A DNA stretch of 64,000 nucleotides from positions 26,040,001 through 26,104,000 of the forward strand of contig CM060731.1 of assembly GCA_030704615.1 (NCBI GenBank), written 5' to 3'. The stretch comes from Takakia lepidozioides. Taxonomy: Eukaryota > Plantae > Bryophyta. The notes under the pieces are model-generated. The model was not told where the DNA came from. It saw nothing but the letters and a program-made list of their open reading frames with translations, and ran no database searches. Both the position numbers and the translations under genes were made by a program. Positions 38,412 through 50,400 of this stretch are shown here, in pieces; positions within the stretch are counted from its first letter, which is position 1; every line of letters starts with the position of its first letter.

Positions 38412-40273
38412 ATCTGGATCTATGATTGCAATCCTTATGAAGCCACATTTTTTCCCAAAAAAAAACAGTAGAGTTTCAAGTATGACATTGCACCTGTACA
38501 CAACTCGCATCATGGCCCACTCTCCTCCAACCTGACTGTCAAAGTCGTTGGACCGTAAAATGTTACCATCTTTGGAGAACTCCCGGAAAAAACAGTATCT
38601 CCAGGTGAGACCTCTCCACTTCCTTATGTATGCCTCAATGACATTTGGGGAGGGAAACAATCGAAATGTTTAGGTCCTTCAAAGTCTGATCCAGCACAAT
38701 GACGGCGCGCTTTTCGAGCTGCAAATAGTATATTGTCAGAATTGCAAAAAATACTCATCACATACTTGAAGAGAAGAAAACCATGTTTGAATACACACCT
38801 GACTCCAAAATGTAGCCTTGTGGAGCCAGTTATCAAACACCAAATCACTGATTCCTTCCACCTTTGTGCCAGGCTGTATGGTGCTCTTTGGGAACTGATT
38901 CAAGTCCTTTACTGTTTGATCTGAGTTCCATATCTCCAGCCACCTTATTTTTGTTTGTGGGTCGACCATCGATATGGCCAGCCGGTGCAATTTTCCTGCT
39001 GCATCTCCGGATGCACATGCTTGTCATAGTGTGTTTTGATCTGCTGAAGGAACTCAGGACCAAGTCCAGGATCTACTATTCTAAGCTGCTTTCCGAAGGC
39101 GGACATCAATTTGGTTCTTCGCATTTCAAACTCCTTCTTTATTGCAGCTTCCACACCCTTTGATGTCCTTAGTTCTTCTGGTGTAGTGCGGTAATATTCG
39201 GATTTTCCCTTCTCAGCTGCCTCTGCCAGTTCTTGCTGCATTGATTCAAGTAGTGATTAGCTCCGAAGGGACTACAAACATGTATTCGAAAAGTAAACAG
39301 AGTACAGACTCGGGCTTACCGCATACATGTACTCCAAAAACGCCTCTTGTGTCAAAGAATACCAAGTGCCTGCAGCTCTTCCTGTTTCGCACTTCTTGAT
39401 GATATTGGGTGGTAGTACTGTCCGAAAATCATCCAGCTTCATCAGACCAATCCTCTGAATTCGGAATAGTGTGTGAACCAAGCTTGTTGTCACATGCGAT
39501 TCTCTGTCGGTCTGCAAAACATTGGAAACATTGCATTCCTTAACACTGTTTTTTGAGGATTAATAAGACACTACAAAGGGAATGAAATCTCCTGGATGAC
39601 TACTTGTTCACGTCGTGCATAGCTGTAAGAAGCCTAGCGATGTCGTTTCCAGGATCCAAAACCATTGCCTCCACAGCAACATGCTTGTCTTTGTCTTTCG
39701 CATGGTGTTTCTGAATGTATCCCATCTATGCCAGCAATCGGTGGTTGCCGTCCCAGACGTAGAACATGTGGTTGCAGAATTGCTGGGTGTTCTTTCCCAT
39801 CATGAGGCCCAGCTCGAACTCCTCATTGGCATCTTTCCAGCACTCATCCCAGTTATCACTGATCTCTGGAGACACTAATGTGCTTTTTCCCATTTATATC
39901 CGTCAGTGACACATAAAAAACTTGTGCACCAAGTCTATATCCATGCACAAAATCACTCTCCAATTTTGTTGTCATGGGAAAGAGGTGGACGCACAACAGG
40001 CATTGATATCATCCGGCACAGAGGTATGTCCAGACGCCCTCCAGATACGAGCATGTCCCTTATAACCTCCTGAGAGTTTACCTTCTGGAATTACATGAGT
40101 TCTTTCACCTTGTCAAGGTAGTGCACTTCAGATTCATCTGCTTCATTTGTATTCTCTGAGCTTTTTGCGGACTCGTCCCCATCTCCAGATCCTTTCCCCT
40201 CTGATCCTGTAGGCTTCGACCTCACAATTTTCTGCACGATGCCATTCAGTTCTGACTGAGTGATTTGCAAATA

Positions 40274-40897
40274 GTGAATGGCGGTAACGACCATCACTCT
40301 GTCTCAAAGAAACTCACCATGAATGGTGTGAAAGAATTCAGTACAATCTACACAAGCAAAGCTGATACTGCCGTATTCAAAACAAAAGCGAGAGCGATAG
40401 CGAACGGCGTTACCGACAATCACAAAAGATAACGACCTGCCGGATCGGTGTTGTGTAATGACATATATGTGCAACTGATTGGCGGCAACGACATTCAGTA
40501 TAGTTTAGGGCGGACAGTAAGTGCAGATTATTCAGATTGACTCCACTGTGATTATCGTCGCCGGCATGGGAAGAGGAAGGACTGCTTCAAAGGCAATCAG
40601 ACAGACTGTATGGTCTGAACAACGATGATTGGCAAAATGCCGACCCTCACTCTCTCTTTAAACACATAGGTACATAAATCTCATGAGGAGAATCGAATGG
40701 CGTTAACGACGCTCGCAATTCAGTAGTTCCTGCTAAAGAAGGGAAGAGGAAGGACTCCTTGAAAGGCAATCAGACAGACTGTATGATCTGAACACCAGTG
40801 AATGACTGTACCGATAGTCACCAACTCATTGTGCGGTAAACCCTTCGCAGAGGAGTAGAAAACAAATCACCTTTGTGATGGTCGGTAGCGACAATCC
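40274..40897. repeat. Degenerate copy-B palindromes in cargo intron 1, plus a ~53-bp direct duplication
   Basis: Examples: GTGAATGGCGGTAACGACCATCAC (40274), TGATTGGCGGCAACGACATTCA (40476), GAATGGCGTTAACGAC (40695). Duplication 40568-40620 / 40741-40793. Confidence 0.7.
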
Positions 40898-43800
40898 CTG
40901 TCTGGGACATTCCACTCAATCTCTACGCATATCTTCAACAATGAAATGTAAGTTAGATAATACTTACTGGCGCCTTCTTAGGTTTTGAAATTTGATCCCC
41001 TTCTGCAGGTTTCCTCTTCCCTCTCACATCTGCTGGAATTTCTGTCTGCGCTAGGGTTTCTGGACCTTCTCCTGGTTCGGCGTTCCGCGTGCTTCCACCT
41101 CCTTCAGTATCCCTACAAATCATCTCTGCCTCCACAGGCTGGCGCACTCTTATCGCCGACTGTGTCACAGCCGCTGCCTCAGTCTCCGTCTGCTCTTCTG
41201 AATCTGTCTCCGCGTTCACCTGCTGCCTTGGCCCTGTGTTCTCCAACAAACGACGCCTCGTCATTTGCTCTCTTGCTCTGCGTCTCTCTCTAAGGGAAGT
41301 AAAATAAAGAGACTTTCTTCTCTTTCGTATTGTAGAAGGAACCCTCTCCAGCTTGACTACCACTCTCCCTCTAAGCGCGAAAAGTAGAAAAACGCAGTGA
41401 CTCCCGATTTCTTGCGGGATTGCCTGCGTTCTTGCGTGTCTCTAGAAGCATCGGATTCCCTCTCGCGTGACCGTTACACATAGTCGTTCCCTTATTAGTG
41501 CAAATGCCAGCAATTGGTGTACAGCTGTTCGTATTCAGTTATGGATGTCTGACGTGTGTCGCCCAAAAAAAACGGCGTGTTCTTTATTAGAACGGTTTCA
41601 ATATTTAAAAATAACAGCGAATCCCAGAAATCTTGGCGCACAGTCTTACACAAATAAATGTAAATGAACGAGAGTTTGATGACAAATCTTGGAATATCAT
41701 ACACGGTCATCCTTGTTAGCCAAACCCCACATTCGTTTCACATTTGGAACTTTCCAGGTGCGCATGATCATTGGTAGTAGTATAAAGATACATTTACTTA
41801 ATCTGCAATCCCATTCTCAGATCCTGTGGCATGCTTCCAGGAAGTCGGCTTTGTTTTTGGGTTTATTGATGAGGTTCTGGTTAACGGTTTTACAGCTGCC
41901 GACACTGCACCTAGGGATACTCTGACCACTAGGCCCACAAGAAAAGTAATTAAAATGGACGGTTGCATATCTGGAAAGAATAACATAATATGCACAGTCG
42001 TTGTCTGAGCTTCCTCCGTCATATTCTCTGCTCATTCTTGAACTGTGTTCTGGAGACATAAGTAAACTTATTTACACTAGATCTGCGATAGCAAGGTACA
42101 AACGTACGCGAGGAAGAAAGATGGCTTCCTCTGAAGCGGAGTTCTTCTCTGACGACAAACCAATGCCGTTCTCCCAGGAAGTCCATGACAATGGATTTGC
42201 AATTGTTCTGGAACATGTCTTGGCTACCCATTTTCAGCTGCAGAATGGCTCCATCTTTTTGGAGAAAGAGGTGTACGATCTTAAAGGGAAGTTGTTGAAA
42301 TACTCTTTCCAAAACCGTGATGAGACGGCTCATATCAGCCAGTGGAGAGTGCGTCCTGGTCCATACAGAGTACTTGGAGAGCCTCGGCGAAAGTCCCTTG
42401 GGTCATATGTGACGCCCGGGACTGCTGCTTCGGTCGTTGAAGACAAGAGGGAGGTGGTGGTGAAAAAAGAACAGACGTCCTCCACTCCAATTGTTGAGCT
42501 TTCGGATTCTTCCGATGATGACATAAGTAAAATTCCAAATCTAGTCCTTCCTACTGTGGTTGGAGAAGCTGATGAAGAAGAGATTTGTAGTGTCATTCCA
42601 AAATTGCGGGCGATGGGAGGAATGGCTGGATTCAAAAGTGAATTGCGGGGAATTGATTGGGAATCTTTGAAGCAGGTACCTGTGAAGTTCTTGCCGGAGA
42701 CTTTTGATGGCGATATCCTATTCGAGCTGCCTCCTCCTCCGCAAGTTGGAGGTGTAACAATCATGATGCATGGAATGGACAAGAAATACGACGGGCACCC
42801 GTGGTGCAGAACAAAAACATCCAATATTCAGAATGATGACAAGCTTGTTTTTAGGAGGACAGTTTGCAATGGACACCTTAGGTGTGATAATTTGAATTGC
42901 CACTACAACAAATTGCGGCTTGTACATCTCTGTGTTATGACTGCAAATGCAGTCATGGAAGCCATTTACGACTTCCTGACTCTGCAGACGTAAAGACCTA
43001 GTCAGTTGTGACATGGCAAATATGACTCTCCAGGCTGGCTGTCACGTGGCGCCAGAGCAGCTGTGGGGGTAGTCATACATGCTGGCTTTACTAAATGACT
43101 GAACGGACAGTGTAGTCCATGTCAGCGGCTGTGCAAGAGTGGCACGTGCTCGATGCAGGAAATGACACGTGGCAGAGTGTTTAGCTCTCCATGACTGCGA
43201 ACTATGACTACGGGTGTGCTAATCCGGTTGCAACACGTGGCGCGTTGCAGTTTTTACACGTGGTCCATCAGCAGATTGACATGTGTCATGATGGGTGTTT
43301 TTTTGGGGTGTATTGCTATTTTTTTACATATTTGTATTTCTGCCACGTGGTGTAGTACTATTAGGGAGTGAAAATAGATGTAGTCATTATTATGACTATA
43401 ATAGCAGTCATGTACATGTCTATTACAACAATGAAATATAATATATAATACAAAGAGAACAAGGCAGCAAGACATAACTGCAACAAGCTGAGCAAACCAA
43501 GAGATTGCATACCATCTCTATTTACCAATCTATTTATCATTATCATTTTTGTTGCGATCTAAAAATACATTAAATAGTCGCATGTTCTCATGTGAATTAT
43601 TTTGTCTAACTATAACACTTTGAAAAGTGTTCACCCAGAATCTTCTAACTACTCATGTATTCCATCAATCTGCAACCCATCAAAAACGGCTTGCATGGCT
43701 TTAAGAATTACTACAGCAAGGACATTTGTTTGTTTTCCAAGTTCTTGCATAAGATGCACCAACCAATATTGCATTGTGAGACACTCACTCGCTATACTCC

Positions 43801-44811
43801 AAAGCGTTGAGGGAAGGTCACTGAGCAACCTGCCAAGGCGGAAACAATTAAGAGAATTATCTAATACCATATATGAAAAACCAATGCCAGTGTTGTTTAT
43901 GGTAACTTCTATCCCATGTCCTAAACAAACCAAAGCAAAAAGGTTGGTGTGTATTGGCGAAGTCGTCAGATACCTCACAAAGAAACATGCACTAAAAATG
44001 AAACCCAGGATGATAGGAAGGTCACTCACGTTTATACAAAGACATCTTGCCCATTGCCCAACACCCTGCGTCACCCACACTCTATCACTATTCCTTTAGC
44101 TATCCATGCCTCTGCACAAATCAAGCATTCATCCTTGCCTTGCTGCTAGCAGCTGACAATGACAACCTACATTTGTTCTAGGAAACACCCAACTCAGCGT
44201 AGCACACTAGTTCCTATGCTGAATTGCGTCTGCTACTCTCTGAAATGTAGCAGGCATTCACCTTTCTGCCCCGGTTGACCCATCAGTGACTGGGCTCAGA
44301 AGTATTTATTCCACAGCTTCTCCTCATCTCTGTTACCTATTTTTTGACACTTTCCTGTTGTCACATTGGCAGTATCATGTCAAAGTCACTCCAAACTAGA
44401 TTCACTCAACCAGCTAACTTGCAGAATTGAACATGTAAATTTAGGGCCGATTCTGATAAGAGGGAAAAACAGGGTGAAATGTGTTGAAGAAGATGCCTTC
44501 ATTAGCAGTGCCTGATTTTATCACTTGTGCCGCTGCTCCCAGTTGACCATCTACCCATGAAGGTTTCTTGTAGCTATTGATCCACAGGGAATCACAGGTA
44601 ATCTTGTGCTTGAAATCTGGCCTTCTTGGATGAATCTGGACCCACACGAAATCCCTGCTCCTTCAGCTATCCATGCCTCTGCACAAATCATGCATACATC
44701 CTCGCCTTGCTGCTAGCAGCTGACAATGACAGCCTAGAATTGTCAAAGCAAACACTAGCAGGGAAAACAGGGTGAAATATGTTGAAGAAGGTACCTTCAT
44801 CCTTTTCTCCA

Positions 44812-45275
44812 TCATTTGCTTTCAGGTGTCCAAAGCCCCATCCCGCGCTCCTGCTCTGCACACCCTTCAAGCATCGCATTCCACGACACCACATCTAGTT
44901 CAGCCATAGTGTTGAACACTCCCTTGGCATCCTCAATGCTCCCACATTTAGCATACATGGCCACCAGAGCCATGTTCAGGATGACATCTGGTACAATTGC
45001 AAATTTGATGATGTCACCAGGGATCTTTTTGCCCTTTTCCAAGGCTGCAGACGCACTGCAAACGCACGCAAACGTAATGTCGGCGGCCTTCACCCCTTCC
45101 CCATCATTTTCTCAAAGGTTGGAGCCTCCATCCCGCACCCCAGCTGTGCATACCCAGCAAGCATCGCACTCCACGACACCACATCTCGTTCAGCCACAGT
45201 GTTGAACACTCCCTTTGCATCCTCAATGCACCCACAATTGGCGTACATGTCCACCAGGGCAGGGGCAGTGTTCAA
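44812..45275 (-). pseudogene. Captured PLS-class PPR gene fragment
   Basis: ALVDMYANCGCIEDAKGVFNTVAERDVVSWSAMLAGYA and ALVAMYAKCGSIEDAKGVFNTMAELDVVSWNAML; frameshifted. Confidence 0.9.
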
Positions 45276-46099
45276 AAGGACATGTGGTAATTTGACAGGC
45301 ATTCACCTCCTAACTTGGCTATTCCCAACCCATCCTGCCATTGGCAAGAGATTCCACAGAAACTGATAGTTGTCTGTTTGACTGTATAACTATGTATCTC
45401 TTGCTTTCTTACAGCTTGTACTGTGACACGCGTAATGCTCTTGTTGTGTTGAATCATTTCACGCCTTCAGGTTTCAGAACAAACATTACCGTCTTTCTTT
45501 ATCAGACATGTGCACCAAGACAGAATCTCACCAAAAGATTGTTGGTGTTCAACAGTACCATACATGAAGATAACTAGCACCAAAAGGGCATATGAAGCTT
45601 ATTCTGCTCTCCATTGGTATTAACTTGCACCAGGACTTTCAATGGCTGTCTTCCAGTCCACCCACGGCCCGCTGTAAATGGCTTGCAACCTACAGATTTT
45701 CAAGAGAGCTGATTACCATGACAATTTCAAAACTGGCTTTACAAACCTAATAATTCAAGCATAATCAACATTCACGCTAAGGAAGCTTTACAAGCATCGT
45801 GTTGCGAGTAAAGCCTTGGCAATGTCACCAGGAAATCCCTGGCTGAATGGATGACACTGAAATAATGGAGCTTGAAATCCGGCCCTCTTGGACGAATTTG
45901 GGCCCACACTCTATCCCTGCTCCTTCAGCTATCTATGCCTCTGCACAAAATCCTTCAGCTATCTATGCATACATCCTTGCCTTCCTGCTAGCAGCTGACA
46001 ATGACAGCCTAGAATTGTTCCAGCAAACACCCCCAACCCTACTTATCAACGAGCAATGAGCTAACTTACAAAATTCAATATGCATCTCAGGGCGTCTGA

Positions 46100-46995
46100 T
46101 GAGAGGGCAAAACATGTTGAAATAGGTCGAAGAAGAAGATGCCCTCACCACACTGTCCTTGACCTTGTGTCATGACCCATGGAGGATTTGACCTTGTGTG
46201 TGATGCTTGTGTCTGTAGTCAGGTAATGTCGGATTGGTCAATGAGAACCTGCACCACGGTGCAGCTGAGCAGGCAGACTTTGAAACACGGTCTGCTAAGA
46301 CCAAGCTGACTCTCCCAAGAACCTTGTAAACATCAGGAAGAATATCAAATCATGGTACTAACAGGAGCCAACAACCCACATTTGCAGGATGGACAAAATT
46401 CTGCACATCGTACATTAAAAAAAACCACACCTTGCGATTGCGATCGCACCCTCGTGAAGGATCTTAAAAAAACTCATGCCAGCTCTGCTCCATGATTCAA
46501 ATTCATGAGAGGGAAAAATAGGCTGAACTAGGTCGAAGAAGAAGGTGCCCTCACCACATTGTCCTCGACCTTGTGTCATGACCCATGGAGGATTTGACTG
46601 AACATGAACCCAAGATGACCTCTAGTGTGTGCTGCTTGTGTCTGTAGTTAGGTAATGTCGGATTGGTCAGTGAGAACCACCACGGTGCAGCTGAGTGGGC
46701 AGAGATTGAAACACGACCTACTAAGACCAAGCTAACTCTCCCAAGAACCTTGTAAACATCAGGAAGAATACCAAATCATGGTACTAATAGGAGAGCCAAC
46801 CCACATTTGCAGGATGGACAAACTTCTTCACATCGTACATTAAGAAAAAGCCACACCTTGCGATTGCGGTTGTCCCACCATCGTGAAGGATATTTTAGAA
46901 ACTCATGCCAGCTCTGCTCCGTGCTGTAAAATCAGGGCCGAGCGGGTAGAGATTGAAACATGGCCTGCTAAGACGAAGCTGACTCTCCCAAGAAC
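46100..46995. repeat. ~400-bp tandem duplication plus a partial third copy inside the CACTA
   Basis: 46120-46495 matches 46530-46920; a fragment recurs at 46945-46995. Confidence 0.85.
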
Positions 46996-47237
46996 GGCGG
47001 GCTCCCAGCCGAAACCTCCTCGCACACATACCCTAGCGTTTCTAAGGTTGCTTGCTCCAGATGCGAAGGTTGATCCAACTGCGGGCCTCCCATGCATGTT
47101 TGCCCTCTCTCCCGCTCGCTCGCTCTAAGTCCCAACCCTCTCTCTCTCTCCCTCCCGCTTGCTCTAAGTCTGTTCACGCTACTGTGATGGGCAACTTTTT
47201 AAGTTTTTTAACCTTTTTGTAAACCCTAAAAGCCCCT

Positions 47238-47452
47238 TTTTTGATTTTTTTTTTTTTTTTTTTCTCTTAAAGGAAACCACAAGCCCTTGAGGAGGGGGAA
47301 AATTCACCTGCCTTCATTTATGGGCCATAAGACCTACAGGACGATCAACGTCAAGACATACCGTCTCGAACAATCCCACACACGGGATAAGGGCAGCGGG
47401 TTTGAACCCCAAACCACAAGGGCGACACACTGTGCACTTACCAGCCGATGTG
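47238..47452 (-). mobile_element. tRNA-derived SINE inside the CACTA
   Basis: Homologous to 14535-14705; B-box GGTTCAAACC and poly-A tail on the minus strand. Confidence 0.78.
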
Positions 47453-50400
47453 ATTTTTTTTAAATCTTTGTTTTTTTTGGGTTTTTTTAAATTCATTCTA
47501 GTGGTAAGAGTCTCCGTTTTTTTAACATATAAATACTCATATAATATATATATATAACCAGAAAAGCATGTGTCGACACGTGTAGTCATATAGTGATTCA
47601 TCCATGTGATGATCTGGCATAACGCATTAGAGTGAGAGTCATGAAGTCATATGTCTGTCTTGCAATATGCACACGTCATTCTAGTGTAGCCATGACCGTG
47701 ACTGGTAGTCATATCTGCCATGCCAATATTCGTGGTCAAACATGTTTGACCTGTGTTGCGTAGAGTCCGAAGCCATGCAGTCGCATATACGCCTTCTCCA
47801 GACCTGCATTATGACTTCAAAAGCATTTTACGACTGCAAATGGCATTTCTGCCACAAATCTGTCATGACTGCGCACCCATGGGAGTCATAAAAGCCGCAA
47901 TCTGTTATAGTGTGCAGACACTTTCTTCAGTCTGGGGTTCATAATCAAAGCGAATGGGAGGGTCTGGCGGAAAATCCATTTCAGCCTGGGACTGCCCCTC
48001 CACCGGCAAACACTTTCGTCTGCAAATTCTGCAAACTTGTGCCATCCTGCTTGGCGCTCTGCGGAGCAAGAATGTACTATGTTGTCCACCGTTTGAAAAC
48101 AATGACGATAGCTTGTGTGCATTTTGGATTCCATAACCATCCTGTTTCGAAGGGGGATTACAGGGAGAGTGTTGAGACAGTATCGAGGTTGATCAAACAA
48201 GAGTTCGGGAGAAACCCATCCGCAACAACATCTGCAATTGCTCTTGGCGCAAGCAAGTCCTTCTTGGAAAGCCATATTTTGAGTGAATGGGATTTTGTGG
48301 GGACTAAACTTGACGGTGCAGCATTGGACCTGGTCATGGATCATTTCTTCACTTTAAGTTCACCTAACATTCGGCATCAGATGAATGCATTGAGGATGGG
48401 CTCTGGGATCAGAGGCTACATAGACAATATTTTGGAATTGAAACGAGTGAGCAAGTACGATTACATCCAGGACAATGTATTCCCAGGTCAAGGTGCCATC
48501 AAGTTTTTCTTTTCAAAATGTCGACGGGGGAGGGCAGGGTGGGGTTAGCCTCGTGAAGCGGATGCAGAAGACTGGGGACTTGCAGAACTGTTTTCTTATG
48601 TTTGATCATGTGAAACGAGTGAAGGATTGGACGACAATGGCTTGTCATGTCTACGATCCAGTGTACCAACGAGTTATGACAATTGCAGTTTGTGACATGC
48701 AATCTGAGGATACGGAATCCCAGAAGCTCATGTGGAATTCCCTGATACGTGTCATGGGCTGCCATGGGCTGCCATCTCCAAATTTCGTAGGTTTCATGGC
48801 GGATAGTGCTCAAGCAAATTTCAATGCTGTTCGTATTGTCTTCGGATCGGGCGACCCAAAAGTGCCTATGCCAGGAAGAGAGCGTACATGTCTATTCCAT
48901 TGGACACAATCTCTGGAAAAACATACAAAGTCGGACATCAAACCAGAGATGCAGACTCAGCACCGTAAATTGTGCAAAGAGTACAAAGATGCTAGAACAA
49001 TGAAGGAGGCGGACACTTTGTTCCATACAATTCGTGCCTGGTGGTTTCTCTTCTGGAGCTGCATCACTTGAGAGTATGAGAGCATTGGAAGATTGGCTGG
49101 CGTTTTGGCACTTCCGATATAGACAGGGGAGCAGCCATGACAATGGTACGAGGCCTCTATTTCATGCTTTATTCATACATTTGCTTTCCATATTTTTGAC
49201 TCATTGCTTTCTTTATGTTGTTTCCTGTGCACTGTTGTGAAGTGTGGTTATCCTCTTTGCAGAACATGTCCATTGAGGAAATGGCGGACATGCCATCTTG
49301 CAATTTGGCAGAAACTGTGCACAACGCATGGTTGCAGCAGTCTGGGAAACGAGGTCGGGATTTGTATGTGGCAAAAAACAGATGATTGATACGTGCCTTG
49401 CAACAACAAACCCGATAACCGTGATTTCTTACGAGGTGGGGTTGGTGGCAAAGGTCCGGACAAATGGGAGTTGATGTTGCGTGCTGCAAACAGATCTGGG
49501 GATCCAATCAAGATAGCACGGGCGGTGAGCATGTATGCCCAGGGAACGCCACTTGTTTCTAGAGTTCCACATCTTGAAGGGGAGGAGAGATTCGGCTCTT
49601 GTAAGAGGAAATTGAACACTCCACTTGGTTCAGATTCAGATTCCCACAGGGCAGACCGTGATAACTTCTCGAAGTCTCGTGTTCCCCTGCATGATAGCTC
49701 CATGTCCGGAACTTCCATTGTGGAGGAACCTCCAACACGACGGCAAGCTCCAGCATCAAACAATGCCACTGAAATGGTGCAGGAGAGAAACAACCCCCTT
49801 GATGTGCTTGAGTCCGCATGCCCCGACCACGTTTGGCACATAGAACGCACAAGTGTAGGGTCTCGTGTGAAATGTACAGCGATCAGGGCAACTAATTTCG
49901 AGAAGTGCACTTCATCTATATCCAGAGGTGGTGCCCGAACTCCTGCTCCGACTTTCACGGGCTTGATGCGTCCATACGGTCAACCAGAAGCCAAGAACCA
50001 CAAGTTCTGGTTCTGCGCAGATGATTGTGCTAGATGTGTGCATGGAACTGTGCGTCCTTCCGTAGTGATGAAGCCATCTCCTCCAACCGTTTGGCCCGTG
50101 AAGGTGGGAACACATCTCAGCTTTCAAGAGATTGAAATGCTGGAGGAGGCAGGTTTTTCCCTTGCGAGACAACCCCAACTCCATGCATGTGCTACTACTT
50201 CTGTGTCCTCCCGGGTCCCCCCGGCAAATCCTGACTTGTGGCCAACCAAACGAGATGCAAAGCTCGTTCGGCGTTTCCCTCCAACCGCTGGCAAAGTGGA
50301 GTCCGCAAGAATGCTCCAAGCTCGTGTTGGAAGCACCACGGAAGTACCCGATCCAGGATATGGTCGGGTATTCACAATCATCACTTCCACATCTGCTGTT

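Larger units (their letters stand above)
35400..41363 (-). pseudogene. Spliced cargo gene B: ParB/Srx-like domain plus beta-class N4/N6 DNA methyltransferase-like domain
   Basis: Same exon order as gene A. FYVWDGNHRLLA (DGNHR at 39738-39752), IVILDIPDG (DIPDG at 36705-36719), KEKSPAFMQILLESCSHRSARVVDLSVSTG/ATYHACKAGGRSLFGMEGD. Stops and frameshifts present. Confidence 0.8.
42901..47912. mobile_element. Non-autonomous CACTA element carrying gene fragments (Pack-CACTA)
   Basis: TIRs CACTACAACAAATTGCGGCTT / AAGCCGCAATCTGTTATAGTG (19/21), 3-bp TSD TGC (42898-42900, 47913-47915), subterminal GTCATG/CATGAC repeats, no transposase seen. Confidence 0.95.

Noticed and set aside
26290-41363. Bacterial or phage contamination as the source of the ParB-MTase
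   Set aside because: The genes have conserved GT-AG introns and lie within eukaryotic transposons, one with a TSD.
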